Part shown: piece after piece, positions 36,752 to 47,868 of the stretch | How positions within the stretch are numbered: position 1 is the stretch's first letter | How the letters are laid out: every line of letters begins with the position of its first letter | Notes under the pieces: generated by a model | What the model was told of the DNA's origin: nothing | The model's input: only the letters and a program-made list of their open reading frames with translations | The model's database searches: none | Program-made: the position numbers and the translations under genes | NCBI GenBank assembly: GCA_049522195.1 | Contig: JBEKOB010000005.1 | Coordinates: 13,150-77,149, forward strand | Length of the DNA stretch: 64,000 bases | Reading direction: 5' to 3' | DNA from: Bacteroidota bacterium | GTDB lineage: Bacteria; Bacteroidota; Ignavibacteria; UBA10030

Positions 36752-37258
36752 TCAGCGTTCCATCGGTCCAGGCGGCTGTGCAAATCGTCGCTGGTTTCTC
36801 TGGTTGCGCATGAATTGCGCTGCACGCCCCCGGGTGAAGCGTGCCTTTCTCTGTGCCAGGAGTTGAGCTGACACCTTCTTCCATATCTTCTGCTGATCCG
36901 GTGTCAGGAGCTTGTTGACAGCGAACCAATGATCAACAAGTAGAAGGCGCTGCTGAGATTGCAGCTGTGATAGTTCGCCGACCTTTTTTTGAATCGCTGG
37001 TTGATTGGGCTGATCGGCCTTGAAGAGCTCAGCCAGTTCCAGTTGTGCCGTTTTCAACTTTGCTTGTTGATCCACGGCTTTCTTTCTCATGTCGAAACGG
37101 AGGCTCTCAATGCTTTTCTGCTGGTCGTCGGTCAGTTTCAGCTCTCGGAGCACGCGGGCGCGGATGTTGGAGCGGTCCGGTGGGTTTGTTCTGTCCTGAG
37201 CGAGTGACACGCTGAGAGCCAGGAGGAGCAGAGTTCCAAATAGAGTGATCTTTTTCAT
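36752..37258 (-). CDS. Spy/CpxP-family periplasmic protein (LTxxQ repeats)
   Basis: Signal peptide, then LTDDQQKSIESL and LTPDQQKIWKK motifs. Confidence 0.7.
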   Translation of the reverse strand: MKKITLFGTLLLLALSVSLAQDRTNPPDRSNIRARVLRELKLTDDQQKSIESLRFDMRKKAVDQQAKLKTAQLELAELFKADQPNQPAIQKKVGELSQLQSQQRLLLVDHWFAVNKLLTPDQQKIWKKVSAQLLAQRKARFTRGRAAQFMRNQRNQRRFAQPPGPMER

Positions 37259-37398
37259 AAACAGGTCTCCAGATGATTTGTGTACCTTTTTGAGTCCATA
37301 GTATTAGATGGCCACACGCGGCGATGGTTTAATAGCCTGGCCTCTGCAAGTGATGTTTCTTGCAATCAAAGCGCAGGTTTAATATATTGGAGAAAGAA

Positions 37399-39792
37399 AT
37401 GGTAAACGTGCGATCAATCCGCGCTACAATTCTTGCCTCTGTACTCCTTCTGAGCCTGAGCCAATCCGGCTGTTCGGTCATGAGCGCCATTGGCGGGTGG
37501 ATTTCTCAAAGCTACGAAGACACAATCGCATATTTCAACGCCTACTACAACGCAAAGAGGCTCTTTGACGAGGCGGAGGCCGAGGTCCTTGCTGCCCGGG
37601 CAACGCTGAAAGTCAAGTCGACTGGAACAGCCGCGCAGCCGGCTGGCACAGCGTCGACTGCGAAACAGAAATTCACGGTTGTCATAGACAAGTGCTCCTA
37701 TGTCCTCTCGATCTATCCAAATAGCAGTATCGTGAACGATGCACTCCTCCTGATCGGGAAATCATATTTCTATCAGGAAGAATTCTTGAGAGCGGAGAGG
37801 AAGTTCACCGAACTCCTCGCAAAGAACCCCAAAGGTTCGATCGCCTTTGAGAACCAACTCTGGTTGTTGAAAACGTTGCAGAGGCTCAACAAGTTTGAAG
37901 AGGCAAACCGTGTCGGGCAGGATCTCGCGGTTGCTGCCGGAGATGCCGGCAAGAACAAGATTGCAGGCGAAGCGTTGATGATATTGGGGGACATCGCTGT
38001 GTCCCAAAAGAACATGGAAATTGCCATCGACCAATACACGAAATCGGTCGCGGCCTCCGGTGATGGGGTGATGCAGGGGATGGCACAGATGAAAATCGGC
38101 GACCAGTATTTTTTGGTCCCCGATTATGAAAAAGCGGCTGCCGCATACAGCGACGCCGAAAAATATTCTCCTGACGACTATACGCTGTACGACAGCCAGC
38201 TGCAGGTGGCGATCTCATACCGCCGGAGTGAAAAGTACGATCAGTCCATTGCCGTGCTCCGGAAAATGGACTCGGACTATCGGTTCATCGACTACCGGGG
38301 AACAATCCGATATGAGCTCGGACGTACGCTTGAGAAGAGTGGGAAGCTCGATGAAGCGGCGGACTTGTATCGCCAGGTCGATACGACAAACGCACGATCG
38401 GAAGTTGGAGCGCGAGCCGCATTCGAACTTGGCAAGCTGTATCAGTATGAAGCGGGGAAATACGCCGATGCGAGGACGGCCTACTCACATGCTTTGACTG
38501 GGGGAACACCGGAACTCGTTCTGGATGCTACGAAGCGGGTCGCAGCATTCGACAGCTATTTCCGGCTGCAGCAGCAGTTCTTCAAGCTCGACAGCATGCT
38601 TTTCATCATCGATATCGACAGCTTGTGGACAAAGAAAGATACTCTCGGCGGAGTAGGGAAGATTGATTCTTCGCTTAGCATAGCGAAAACAGAGCCGGCC
38701 ATCGAAGCAACGAGGAGAGGGCGGGCGATCACGTTGGGTGTGAAGGATACCTCATCCGTGTCTGCAAAGAAGGACTCTTCTCTGGCACCCGTCAAAAGGG
38801 ATTCGGTGCTGGCCAGGACCGACAATCAAATCACACTGGCCCATAGTGACACGCTCGGGAGTCAGCGTGACTCGCTGCGCTCCTCCCAGAAACGGGACAC
38901 TTCACTCACAGGTGCGGTAAGTGCGTCACGATTCACTCAGAAGCCCAAGAAGGACACACTTATAGCCTCTCTTGGCAATCTTTCCTATCTCATGGGAGAG
39001 TTGTTCTATTCAGAGCTCGATGTGCCCGACTCGACATTCTTCTGGCTGAACCAATCGCTGAAACTGGGTATCGACAGCATCAAGACCCCTCGGGCGTTGT
39101 ATGTACTGTCGGAAGTTGCACGAGCGAGCAGTGGGAAGAAATACGGAGATGAAAAAGATATCTATCGCACGATCGTCGCAAAGTATCCGAAATCGATATA
39201 CGCCGAAGAAGCACGGATTGCCCTCGGATATCGCCCAACTATAAAAACATCCGATCCAGCCGAGTCCGTCTATGCTGTGGCTGAATCGTTGATGTTTGCC
39301 GGTCACTATCAGAGAGCCGTCGATTCTCTGGGACGTATAGTGAAGGATTACGGGGAGTCTCCTCTTGTGCCGAAATGCAGATACACGATGGCCTGGATCT
39401 ACGAAAACCATCTTCTTAGGCCTGACAGCGCTCTTTCTCAGTACAAAACTCTCGCACAGAAATTTATTACAACGAAGTACGGCATCGCTGCTCAACGACG
39501 TATACCCCCGGTCGAAGCTCCTCCCAAGCCTGCATCCGATTCATTGAAAAAGGCAATCCCTGACAGCCTGAAGGCGATGATTGGAGCGGAAACGAAGAAA
39601 GCTCTTCCGGATTCCACGAAGAAGGGTCAAGCGATCTCTGTCCCTAAGTCACCGGCGGATACTTCGGATGAACGAGCCATTGTCAAATTCCCCAAACCGG
39701 ACTCCGCAAAAGTGAAATTGGACCTGAACCCGATACTTAGAAAGCCGGACTCAGAACCTGATACCCTCAGCAAAAAAGGGAAAGCGAAATAG
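37399..39792 (+). CDS. TPR-repeat lipoprotein with low-complexity Ser/Lys/Asp-rich C-terminal half
   Basis: Lipobox LSQSGC, multiple TPR-like helices (GKSYFYQEEFLRAERKF, ELGKLYQYEAGKYADA). ATG 37399 follows GGAGAAAG. Confidence 0.65.
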   Translation: MVNVRSIRATILASVLLLSLSQSGCSVMSAIGGWISQSYEDTIAYFNAYYNAKRLFDEAEAEVLAARATLKVKSTGTAAQPAGTASTAKQKFTVVIDKCSYVLSIYPNSSIVNDALLLIGKSYFYQEEFLRAERKFTELLAKNPKGSIAFENQLWLLKTLQRLNKFEEANRVGQDLAVAAGDAGKNKIAGEALMILGDIAVSQKNMEIAIDQYTKSVAASGDGVMQGMAQMKIGDQYFLVPDYEKAAAAYSDAEKYSPDDYTLYDSQLQVAISYRRSEKYDQSIAVLRKMDSDYRFIDYRGTIRYELGRTLEKSGKLDEAADLYRQVDTTNARSEVGARAAFELGKLYQYEAGKYADARTAYSHALTGGTPELVLDATKRVAAFDSYFRLQQQFFKLDSMLFIIDIDSLWTKKDTLGGVGKIDSSLSIAKTEPAIEATRRGRAITLGVKDTSSVSAKKDSSLAPVKRDSVLARTDNQITLAHSDTLGSQRDSLRSSQKRDTSLTGAVSASRFTQKPKKDTLIASLGNLSYLMGELFYSELDVPDSTFFWLNQSLKLGIDSIKTPRALYVLSEVARASSGKKYGDEKDIYRTIVAKYPKSIYAEEARIALGYRPTIKTSDPAESVYAVAESLMFAGHYQRAVDSLGRIVKDYGESPLVPKCRYTMAWIYENHLLRPDSALSQYKTLAQKFITTKYGIAAQRRIPPVEAPPKPASDSLKKAIPDSLKAMIGAETKKALPDSTKKGQAISVPKSPADTSDERAIVKFPKPDSAKVKLDLNPILRKPDSEPDTLSKKGKAK

Positions 39793-40580
39793 TGAGCTTA
39801 CAGGGGACACCACTTATAGAGACAGCGGCGCAGGTTATCGGTCGGCGCGAAGTCGCAGAAGGTATCTTTAGGATGGTCTTACGTACTCCGGAAATTGCAG
39901 GGAGGTCGGTACCGGGACAATTTGTCAACATACGCTGTGGCGAATCATGCCTGCCGCTCCTCAGACGACCTTTCAGTATCTCGCGCGTCGATGGAGACTC
40001 AATCGAACTTCTCTTCAATGTCATCGGCCAGGGAACCCGAATGATGTCTTCGAAAAAGCCAGGTGACACGCTGGATGTTCTCGGCCCTCTCGGATCTCCG
40101 TTCGGCATTGGGGGGGACTATGGGATGGCGATCCTGGTTGCCGGCGGGCTCGGAATTGCTCCTTTTCCATTTCTGACGGACTTTCTGCTGAAAGAAAAGA
40201 AAGAAATCCTCACGCTGATTGGAGCTCGTACGGCTGGCCATGTCACGGAGCAATACCTGAAAAACGTTCTGGTTGCCACGGATGACGGTTCGAAGGGAAT
40301 GAAGGGAACGGTTGTGGATTTGCTGAAGACGCAAATCGAGAAACACGACGTGAGAAACGTGAAAGTGTTCGGCTGCGGACCGACTCCCATGCTGAAGGCG
40401 CTGTCTGCTTTTGCCTTTGCCGAAGGGATTGAATGTGAAATGTCGCTGGAGGGGGATATGGCGTGCGGCATGGGAATTTGCCAGGGGTGCCCTGTCGAGC
40501 GGACCGACGGGAAGAAGAAGTATGCTTTAGTATGCACAGATGGCCCAACATTTAACATCAAAGACATCATACTTCGTTAG
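39792..40580 (+). CDS. pyrK: dihydroorotate dehydrogenase electron-transfer subunit
   Basis: FAD/NAD-binding fold (RPFSIS) and a C-terminal Cys cluster CGMGICQGC. GTG start overlaps the upstream TAG. Confidence 0.85.
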   Translation: MSLQGTPLIETAAQVIGRREVAEGIFRMVLRTPEIAGRSVPGQFVNIRCGESCLPLLRRPFSISRVDGDSIELLFNVIGQGTRMMSSKKPGDTLDVLGPLGSPFGIGGDYGMAILVAGGLGIAPFPFLTDFLLKEKKEILTLIGARTAGHVTEQYLKNVLVATDDGSKGMKGTVVDLLKTQIEKHDVRNVKVFGCGPTPMLKALSAFAFAEGIECEMSLEGDMACGMGICQGCPVERTDGKKKYALVCTDGPTFNIKDIILR

Positions 40581-41525
40581 ATGGTAAAAGAATCCTTCTC
40601 CATACGGGGCGTCGAGTTCAAGAATCGGGTGCTGGTTGCGTCAGGCACGTTCGGGTACGGCGATGAAGTCAAACATCTTGTGGATGCCAACGAGCTTGGG
40701 GGGATATGCACCAAATCGCTATCGTGGAAGCCGCGTGACGGAAATCCGCCGCGCCGGATCGTTGAGACCGCGAGCGGTATGTTAAACTCGATCGGCCTGG
40801 CCAACATCGGGGTGCATGCGTTTATCCAGGAAAAGCTGCCGTATCTGAAAACTCTGAAGACGACGATCATCGCGAATATCGCAGCAAGCTCGGTTCAGGA
40901 ATATTGCGATGTGCTTACGCTCCTCGAACAGCACGAGGGAATCGCCGGATACGAAATAAATGTCTCGTGCCCCAACGTCAGAGAAGGCGGCCTGAACTTT
41001 GGCACCAACTGCGACATGACCCGCCAGATCACCACGCGACTCCGCCCGTTGACGCAGAAACCTTTGATCATGAAGCTGACTCCGAATGTTACGCACATCT
41101 CGGAGTTCGCGAAAGCAGTCGAGGAGGCCGGCGCAGATGCCGTCTCCGTCATCAACACGCTCATAGGTTTGGCAGTTGATATCCGTGCACGGAAACCGAA
41201 GCTCTCCACGGTGACCGGCGGACTCTCCGGTCCTGCGATCAAGCCCATTGCGCTTGCCAAAGTATACGAGGTTGCACAAGTTGTGAAAATCCCTATCATC
41301 GGCATCGGTGGAATCATGAACGCTGAGGATGCTGTCGAATTCCTTCTTGTTGGCGCCTCGGCTGTGCAGGTGGGTACCGCGAACTTTATCGATCCCGCAA
41401 CCGGTGTCAAGGTTGCGAAGGGTCTCCGTGCCTTTGCAGAGGGGCAGGGGCTTTCTGATGTCGGGCAACTTGTTGGTGCGATGGAGTCCAATGTGCAGTT
41501 TTCTGTTATTCAATCCTGGCTCTAA
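40581..41525 (+). CDS. pyrD: dihydroorotate dehydrogenase (class 1B catalytic subunit)
   Basis: FKNRVLVASGTFGYG, NVSCPNV and GIGGI motifs. Confidence 0.9.
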   Translation: MVKESFSIRGVEFKNRVLVASGTFGYGDEVKHLVDANELGGICTKSLSWKPRDGNPPRRIVETASGMLNSIGLANIGVHAFIQEKLPYLKTLKTTIIANIAASSVQEYCDVLTLLEQHEGIAGYEINVSCPNVREGGLNFGTNCDMTRQITTRLRPLTQKPLIMKLTPNVTHISEFAKAVEEAGADAVSVINTLIGLAVDIRARKPKLSTVTGGLSGPAIKPIALAKVYEVAQVVKIPIIGIGGIMNAEDAVEFLLVGASAVQVGTANFIDPATGVKVAKGLRAFAEGQGLSDVGQLVGAMESNVQFSVIQSWL

Positions 41526-41542
41526 CCTATTCTCTTCTCCCC

Positions 41543-42835
41543 TTGCTCACCTACACTCAATCCATTCAACTTCTCTTCGGGATTGAACGGCTCGGAATGA
41601 AGTTCGGCCTCGAGGGGATTTCACGGCTCCTGAAAGAGCTGAAGAATCCTCACAGGAAATTTCCCTCTATCCATATCGCCGGAACAAACGGGAAAGGTTC
41701 TACCGCTTCGATGCTGGCCGCGATGCTGTCGGCAGCCGGATACAAAACCGGACTCTACACCTCACCGCACCTTGTGGACTTTGAGGAGAGAATTCGAATC
41801 GGAGGCAAGGTGATTCCCCGCAAAGCGGTCGCCGAAATCACGAGTCGCCTGAAAGGATCCATCAAGAGATATCGCCCCACCTTTTTTGAAGCCACGACGG
41901 CGATAGCGTTTGCATATTTTGCGCAGGAAGAGGTGGATATAGCGGTCATAGAAACCGGTCTGGGTGGCCGGCTCGACTCGACGAACGTCCTGCGTCCCCT
42001 GGTGTCCGTTATCACGAACATCGGATTGGAACACACGGAGATCCTCGGCGGTACACTTGGGAAGATCGCGTATGAAAAGGGGGGGATTGTCAAGGTGGGT
42101 ACGCCATGTATCACGGGCGTTTCGGATGGGCGCGCCCTTCTGGTGCTCAAACGAATCTGCAAGGAGAAGCACGCTCCGCTCATCCTGGGCACGCAATATC
42201 GGGCAAGGGTGAGAGAATCGAGCCTGAACGGAACGGTTGTCGACTTCACCGTGGGAAAAACCTCGTTCAAAAAACTGAACATCTCGCTTGCCGGAAAGTA
42301 TCAGATTGGGAATCTCGGCATAGCGTTGTCAACAGTTGAGACACTGAGGGGGGCCACGAAGTTTGCAGTCGGAGAGGCAGCGGTTCGGACGGGTCTCTCC
42401 GCCATTCAGCAACTGACGGGACTCTCGGGTAGGTTGGAGGTGATTCGTGAGCATCCTCTCATCATCGCCGATGTCGCTCACAATTCCGATGCAATGCGGA
42501 ACCTCTGTGATACATGGAAGCGTTTGAAGATAGACAAGCCGATTGTCGTGTTTGGTGTCGTCAAGGACAAGGACTACACTTCGATGGTGCACGATCTCGG
42601 ACGCATAGCACATCAGGCAGTGGCAGTGGCGGCTCACACCTCACGGTCCAGGCCGGCGAGTGATGTCGCGGCAGCGTTCGAGAGGGAAAAATGCAAAACC
42701 CGGGCGGCACTCAGTGTGGAGGAAGGAATCAGGGTTGCTCTTCAGCTTGCGGGGAACGAGGGAACTATTCTCATCACAGGGTCACATTTCGTTGTTGGTG
42801 AAGCGATGGCGGCGTTGGAACGAAAAAGGGCTTGA
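41543..42835 (+). CDS. folC: bifunctional folylpolyglutamate synthase/dihydrofolate synthase
   Basis: IHIAGTNGKGST, ETGLGGRLD and AHN motifs. The start codon is uncertain (TTG). Confidence 0.85.
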   Translation: MLTYTQSIQLLFGIERLGMKFGLEGISRLLKELKNPHRKFPSIHIAGTNGKGSTASMLAAMLSAAGYKTGLYTSPHLVDFEERIRIGGKVIPRKAVAEITSRLKGSIKRYRPTFFEATTAIAFAYFAQEEVDIAVIETGLGGRLDSTNVLRPLVSVITNIGLEHTEILGGTLGKIAYEKGGIVKVGTPCITGVSDGRALLVLKRICKEKHAPLILGTQYRARVRESSLNGTVVDFTVGKTSFKKLNISLAGKYQIGNLGIALSTVETLRGATKFAVGEAAVRTGLSAIQQLTGLSGRLEVIREHPLIIADVAHNSDAMRNLCDTWKRLKIDKPIVVFGVVKDKDYTSMVHDLGRIAHQAVAVAAHTSRSRPASDVAAAFEREKCKTRAALSVEEGIRVALQLAGNEGTILITGSHFVVGEAMAALERKRA

Positions 42836-42860
42836 CAATCAAAGCCCATTCGGGTATATT
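42832..42860 (+). promoter_or_regulatory. consensus sigma70 promoter (TTGACA-17 nt-TATATT) of rho, overlapping the folC stop codon
   Basis: Read directly. It implies a leader of roughly 180 nt. Confidence 0.6.
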
Positions 42861-43045
42861 ATCCTTGAAGTTCAAGGAGTTTCTTCCGTACTTGTCGTTA
42901 GTCGTCCAACCAATTCACTTCTAAATCGCCAATTCGTTACTCCCAACCTTTGATACTTCGACGTAGGTCATCCTCAGTTAAATAAAGAGGGTTTCATCTT
43001 CTAGGTTTGCCAATTCCATCTCTCTACCAATAGGATTGTTTTATT

Positions 43046-44299
43046 ATGCCAATGGACATTACCGAACTCAAGTCCAAAAAGATCGCTGAGCTGAATGAGG
43101 TCGCAAAAGAACTGAATATTTCCGGATACAGTGATCTCCGAAAACAGGAACTCATTTTCAAGATTCTCGAAGCCCAGACGACGAAAGACGGCCTCAGCTT
43201 CAGCAAGGGCGTCCTTGAAGTGCTTCCGGACGGCTATGGATTCTTGAGATCCGTCAACTACAACTACCTTCCGTCTCCGGACGATATTTACGTTTCTCCG
43301 TCGCAGATCAAAAAATTCGGGCTTCGCACCGGCGATAGCGTCAGCGGTCAGGTTCGGCCTCCAAAAGAAGGCGAGCGGTTCTTCGCACTTCTCCGTGTCG
43401 AGGCGGTCAATGACGACCATCCGGATGTCATCCGGGAACGGACCCTGTTCGACAACCTAACGCCGCTCTATCCAACGAACCGCCTCAAGCTCGAGACGGT
43501 GCCGGGCGAGTATTCGATGAGGATTATGGACCTTCTGGCCCCTATAGGAAAAGGCCAGCGTGGTATGATCGTGTCGCCTCCCAAGGCTGGTAAAACGATC
43601 CTCCTCCAGAAGATCGCAAACAGCATCACCCGTAATCATCCCGAAGTTAAGCTCATCGTACTGCTCATCGACGAACGTCCGGAAGAAGTAACCGATATGG
43701 AGCGGACCGTGAGCGCTGAGGTGGTCAGTTCAACATTCGACGAACCACCCGAGCGGCACGTCCAGGTGTCTGACATGGTGCTGGAAAAGGCGAAGCGCCT
43801 TGTCGAAGCGAAGAAGGATGTGGTTATCTTGCTGGATAGCATCACGCGCCTTGCACGTGCGCACAACACCGTTATTCCACATAGCGGGAAGATCCTTTCT
43901 GGTGGTGTCGACGCCAATGCACTCCACAGGCCCAAACGGTTCTTCGGTGCAGCGCGTAACATCGAGGAGGGTGGAAGCTTGACCATCATTGCTACGGCCC
44001 TTGTCGAAACCGGCAGCAGAATGGACGAGGTGATCTTTGAGGAATTCAAAGGCACCGGCAACAACGAAATTGTCCTCGACCGCAAGTTGAGTGACCGGCG
44101 TGTCTTCCCGGCAATGGATGTCAACCGGTCTGGAACACGTAAAGAAGAATTGCTCCAGGATGCCGAAGAACTCAATCGGGTCTGGATCCTTCGAAAGTTG
44201 CTCAGCGATCTCACACCCGTTGACGCAATGGAATTCCTGATGGAGAAGATGAGAGGCACGAAGTCCAACAAGGAGTTCCTGAAGTCGATGAATAGCTGA
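43046..44299 (+). CDS. rho: transcription termination factor Rho
   Basis: N-terminal [22 protein letters not shown]-like RNA-binding region, and Walker [16 protein letters not shown]. Confidence 0.95.
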   Translation: MPMDITELKSKKIAELNEVAKELNISGYSDLRKQELIFKILEAQTTKDGLSFSKGVLEVLPDGYGFLRSVNYNYLPSPDDIYVSPSQIKKFGLRTGDSVSGQVRPPKEGERFFALLRVEAVNDDHPDVIRERTLFDNLTPLYPTNRLKLETVPGEYSMRIMDLLAPIGKGQRGMIVSPPKAGKTILLQKIANSITRNHPEVKLIVLLIDERPEEVTDMERTVSAEVVSSTFDEPPERHVQVSDMVLEKAKRLVEAKKDVVILLDSITRLARAHNTVIPHSGKILSGGVDANALHRPKRFFGAARNIEEGGSLTIIATALVETGSRMDEVIFEEFKGTGNNEIVLDRKLSDRRVFPAMDVNRSGTRKEELLQDAEELNRVWILRKLLSDLTPVDAMEFLMEKMRGTKSNKEFLKSMNS

Positions 44300-44388
44300 C
44301 CAGAGTGCAGGGAACGAGGTGGAGGTATGATGGTGGCGTGCAGCGCGAGTCCTTCCTGATGTATCAATCATTGCGGAAAGAATAGTCT

Positions 44389-45570
44389 ATGGCAAACGAT
44401 GTCGTCATCGTGGGTGCCTGCAGGACTCCTATTGGCTCATTCATGGGATCGCTCGCATCAGTGAGTGCTCCCAAGCTCGGAGCTCTTGTGGTTGAGGAGA
44501 CGGTGCGGAGGGCTGGAATAAAGAAAAGTGATGTCCAGGAAGTGATCATGGGAAACGTCCTTACCGCTGGCCTTGGCCAGGCCCCGGCACGACAAGCTGC
44601 ACTGTTCGCGGGGCTGCCGGAGTCAGTCGAGTGTCTGACAATTAACAAGATGTGCGGGTCCGGTTTGAAGGCGGTGATGCTTGCATCACAGGCGATCCAG
44701 CTCGGAGACGCAGATTCCATTATCGCCGGAGGTATGGAGAGCATGTCGAATTCTCCTTACATCCTGGAAAAGGCCCGCGAGGGGTACAGAATGGGGCACG
44801 GCAAGATCATCGACTCGATGATCAAAGATGGTTTGTGGGATGTCTACAACGATTTCCATATGGGAAACGCTGCGGAGATATGTGCAAGAGAATGTTCCAT
44901 CCCGCGTGAAGCGCAGGATGAATTCGCGATTCTCAGCTACAAGCGATCGCAGAGTTCCTGGGCCGAAGGAAGGTTTAAAGAAGAAGTTGTTCCTGTCACG
45001 ATCAAGAGTAAGCAGGGGGACACAATCGTGGAGCAGGACGAGGAACCGTTTAAGACAAATTTCGACAAGGTCCCCAAGCTGAAGCCAGCGTTTCAACAAG
45101 ATGGGACGGTGACAGCCGCGAACGCGTCGAAAATCAACGATGGCGGAGCCGCCCTGTCACTTATGTCCGCACAAAAAGCAGCCGCGTTAGGCGTGCAACC
45201 GCTGGCCCGCGTCGTCGCGTTCGCGTCCTCCGCAAAGAAGCCGGAGTGGTTCACGACGGCACCGGCCGATGTTATCGCGAAGGTATTGTTGAAAGCCGGG
45301 CTGAAGGTGCAGGACATCGATCTGTTTGAGGTGAACGAAGCATTCGCTGTCGTCTCGCTTGCAGTTCAGAAGCTGGTCGGGATCGAGACCGAGAAGTTGA
45401 ATGTCAATGGTGGCGCTGTGGCTCTTGGACATCCGATCGGGGCAAGCGGCGCACGCATTCTTGTCACCCTGGTGCATGCTTTGAAGCAGCGAAACAAGAG
45501 GCGTGGAATGGCCGCAATCTGTATCGGCGGCGGCGAGGCGAGTGCAGTGATTGTCGAGCTCATCAAGTAG
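44389..45570 (+). CDS. acetyl-CoA C-acetyltransferase (thiolase II)
   Basis: [25 protein letters not shown] and GGGEASA motifs. Confidence 0.9.
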   Translation: MANDVVIVGACRTPIGSFMGSLASVSAPKLGALVVEETVRRAGIKKSDVQEVIMGNVLTAGLGQAPARQAALFAGLPESVECLTINKMCGSGLKAVMLASQAIQLGDADSIIAGGMESMSNSPYILEKAREGYRMGHGKIIDSMIKDGLWDVYNDFHMGNAAEICARECSIPREAQDEFAILSYKRSQSSWAEGRFKEEVVPVTIKSKQGDTIVEQDEEPFKTNFDKVPKLKPAFQQDGTVTAANASKINDGGAALSLMSAQKAAALGVQPLARVVAFASSAKKPEWFTTAPADVIAKVLLKAGLKVQDIDLFEVNEAFAVVSLAVQKLVGIETEKLNVNGGAVALGHPIGASGARILVTLVHALKQRNKRRGMAAICIGGGEASAVIVELIK

Positions 45571-45608
45571 GGTTTTGTAGGACCACAACAGGATCAGGAT
45601 TTACGCCT

Positions 45609-46478
45609 ATGGGAACAGGACAGATAAGAGCTGTGACGGTGGTTGGAGCCGGAACAATGGGGAATGGTATTGCCCACGCGTTCGCGCAGTACGGCTATCC
45701 TGTGACGCTTCATGACATAAAGCAGGATTTCATCGATCGTGGCCTGGCAACCATCCGATCCAACCTTGATCGTCAGGTCAAGAAAGGGACGATTACCGAA
45801 GAGAAGAAAGCTGAAACGCTTTCGAGGATCAGGGCGGTCCTCAATCTGGAAGAGGCATGTGAGGGGGTCGATCTCATCATCGAAGCCGCTACGGAGAACG
45901 AACCGATTAAGAAGCAACTCTTCAAGGATTTCGACAGGTATGCGCTGCCGACGACGATTCTCGCTTCGAACACGTCGTCCATTTCAATCACCGAATTGGC
46001 GGCAGTGACATCGAGGCCTGACAAAGTTATCGGGATGCACTTCATGAACCCGGTCCCTGTGATGAAACTGGTCGAAGTGATCCGCGGGCTAGCAACATCG
46101 AATGACACTTATCAGACCGTCAAGTTGCTTTCAGAGTCGCTTGAAAAGGTGCCGGTCGAGGTAAACGATTATCCCGGTTTTGTGTCTAACCGCGTGCTCC
46201 TGCCGATGCTGAACGAAGCGATGTACTGCGTGATGGAAGGCGTTGCGACGCCCGAATCGATCGACACAGTCATGAAACTCGGTATGAATCATCCGATGGG
46301 TCCGCTGACGCTGGCAGACTTCATCGGGTTAGATGTGTGCCTCTCGATCATGGAGGTTCTGCATAAGGGATTAGGGGATTCGAAATACCGCCCATGCCCG
46401 CTGCTGAAGAAAATGGTTGCTGCCGGCCATCTCGGTCGAAAATCCGGCAAAGGTTTTTACACATACACGACAACCTGA
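45609..46478 (+). CDS. hbd: 3-hydroxybutyryl-CoA dehydrogenase
   Basis: [21 protein letters not shown] and GRKSGKGFY motifs. Confidence 0.9.
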   Translation: MGTGQIRAVTVVGAGTMGNGIAHAFAQYGYPVTLHDIKQDFIDRGLATIRSNLDRQVKKGTITEEKKAETLSRIRAVLNLEEACEGVDLIIEAATENEPIKKQLFKDFDRYALPTTILASNTSSISITELAAVTSRPDKVIGMHFMNPVPVMKLVEVIRGLATSNDTYQTVKLLSESLEKVPVEVNDYPGFVSNRVLLPMLNEAMYCVMEGVATPESIDTVMKLGMNHPMGPLTLADFIGLDVCLSIMEVLHKGLGDSKYRPCPLLKKMVAAGHLGRKSGKGFYTYTTT

Positions 46479-46487
46479 CGGGGACGC

Positions 46488-47627
46488 ATGAATTTTCAGT
46501 ACTCAGACACTCACCTGATGATCAGGGATACTGCGAGAAAGTTCGCGCAGGATGAACTCGCGCCCACAGTGATTGAGCGCGATGAGAAGGAGGAATTCCC
46601 GTATGAAGCGGTGAAGAAAATGGGTGAGCTCGGGTTCATGGGAATGATGGTCTCCGAGCAATACGGCGGGGCAGGTCTCGATACGATCTCATATGTGCTG
46701 GCGCTTGAAGAGATAGGAAAGGTAGATGCTTCCGCGTGTGTGATCATGTCGGTCAACAACTCACTGGTCTGCTGGGGGCTGGAATCCTTTGGGACAGAAG
46801 AGCAGAAGCAGCGCTTCCTCGTTGACCTTGCTTCCGGCAAGAAACTCGGTGCATTTGCTCTTTCGGAGCCTGAGGCGGGAAGTGATGCGACCAACCAGCG
46901 TACGACTGCCAGGCGGGAGGGAGACGAGTATGTCCTTAACGGGACCAAGAACTTCATTACGAACGGTGCCAATGCGGATGTCGTACTCGTGATGGCCGCG
47001 ACTGATCGATCCAAAGGTGCGCGCGGCATCAGCGCCTTCATCGTGGAGAAAGGGATACCCGGATTCTCCGTTGCAAAAAAAGAAAAGAAAATGGGGATCC
47101 GAAGTTCAGACACCGTTTCACTTGCATTCGAAGAGTGCAGAGTTCCCGCTGCAAACCGGATAGGCGAAGAGGGATTCGGTATCAAGTTTGCCCTCAAGAC
47201 ATTGGATGGGGGGCGGATAGGCATTGCGGCTCAGGGCCTGGCGATCGCTGAGGCGTCGCTGGATGCCTCGATCAAGTATAGCAAGGAGCGGAAGGCGTTT
47301 GAAAAACCTATCGCAGAGTTGCAGGCGATTCAGTTTAAGCTCGCTGAAATGGCAACAGATATCGAGGCAGCACGGCATCTCATTCTCCACGCCGCATCCT
47401 TGAAAGACCGAAAAGAGCCGTATGCCGCAGAAGCCGCGATGGCAAAACTCTTCGCATCCAAGACCGCTGTTCACTGTGCACTGGAAGCCGTTCAGATCCA
47501 TGGCGGATATGGCTATATGCGAGAGTACCATGTGGAACGATATCTCCGGGATTCGAAGATCACGGAGATTTACGAAGGAACCACCGAAATCCAGAAGATT
47601 GTCATTTCAAGAGTGCTTCTTCGGTAG
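46488..47627 (+). CDS. acyl-CoA dehydrogenase (short-chain/butyryl-CoA type)
   Basis: ALSEPEAGSD, QIHGGYGY and YEGTTEIQ motifs. Confidence 0.9.
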   Translation: MNFQYSDTHLMIRDTARKFAQDELAPTVIERDEKEEFPYEAVKKMGELGFMGMMVSEQYGGAGLDTISYVLALEEIGKVDASACVIMSVNNSLVCWGLESFGTEEQKQRFLVDLASGKKLGAFALSEPEAGSDATNQRTTARREGDEYVLNGTKNFITNGANADVVLVMAATDRSKGARGISAFIVEKGIPGFSVAKKEKKMGIRSSDTVSLAFEECRVPAANRIGEEGFGIKFALKTLDGGRIGIAAQGLAIAEASLDASIKYSKERKAFEKPIAELQAIQFKLAEMATDIEAARHLILHAASLKDRKEPYAAEAAMAKLFASKTAVHCALEAVQIHGGYGYMREYHVERYLRDSKITEIYEGTTEIQKIVISRVLLR

Positions 47628-47659
47628 CTTAACCGCCTGAAACGAAGAGATTGTCAACA

Positions 47660-47695
47660 AGAAAGGCGACCTGCGTGTCGCCTTTCTGGTTATTT
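47660..47695 (+). terminator. probable intrinsic terminator
   Basis: agaaaggcgac-ctgcgt-gtcgcctttct 11-bp stem. The T-tract is weak. Confidence 0.55.
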
Positions 47696-47775
47696 CATCT
47701 ATAATTGCCGGGATTCAAGAACGGCACGCCTTGCTCATCGTCAGAACCTGTTGTCACTCACCGATCCCACACTCC

Positions 47776-47804
47776 TTGTTTTTCCAGCCAACTTTTGCTA
47801 CAAT
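47776..47804 (+). promoter_or_regulatory. sigma70-type promoter (TTGTTT-17 nt-TACAAT) upstream of lemA
   Basis: Read directly. Confidence 0.45.
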
Positions 47805-47868
47805 GCTCAGGAAATCGTTTACACAAACTGCGCAAATATAGATTTTCCAATAATACGGGAGTCTTCCT

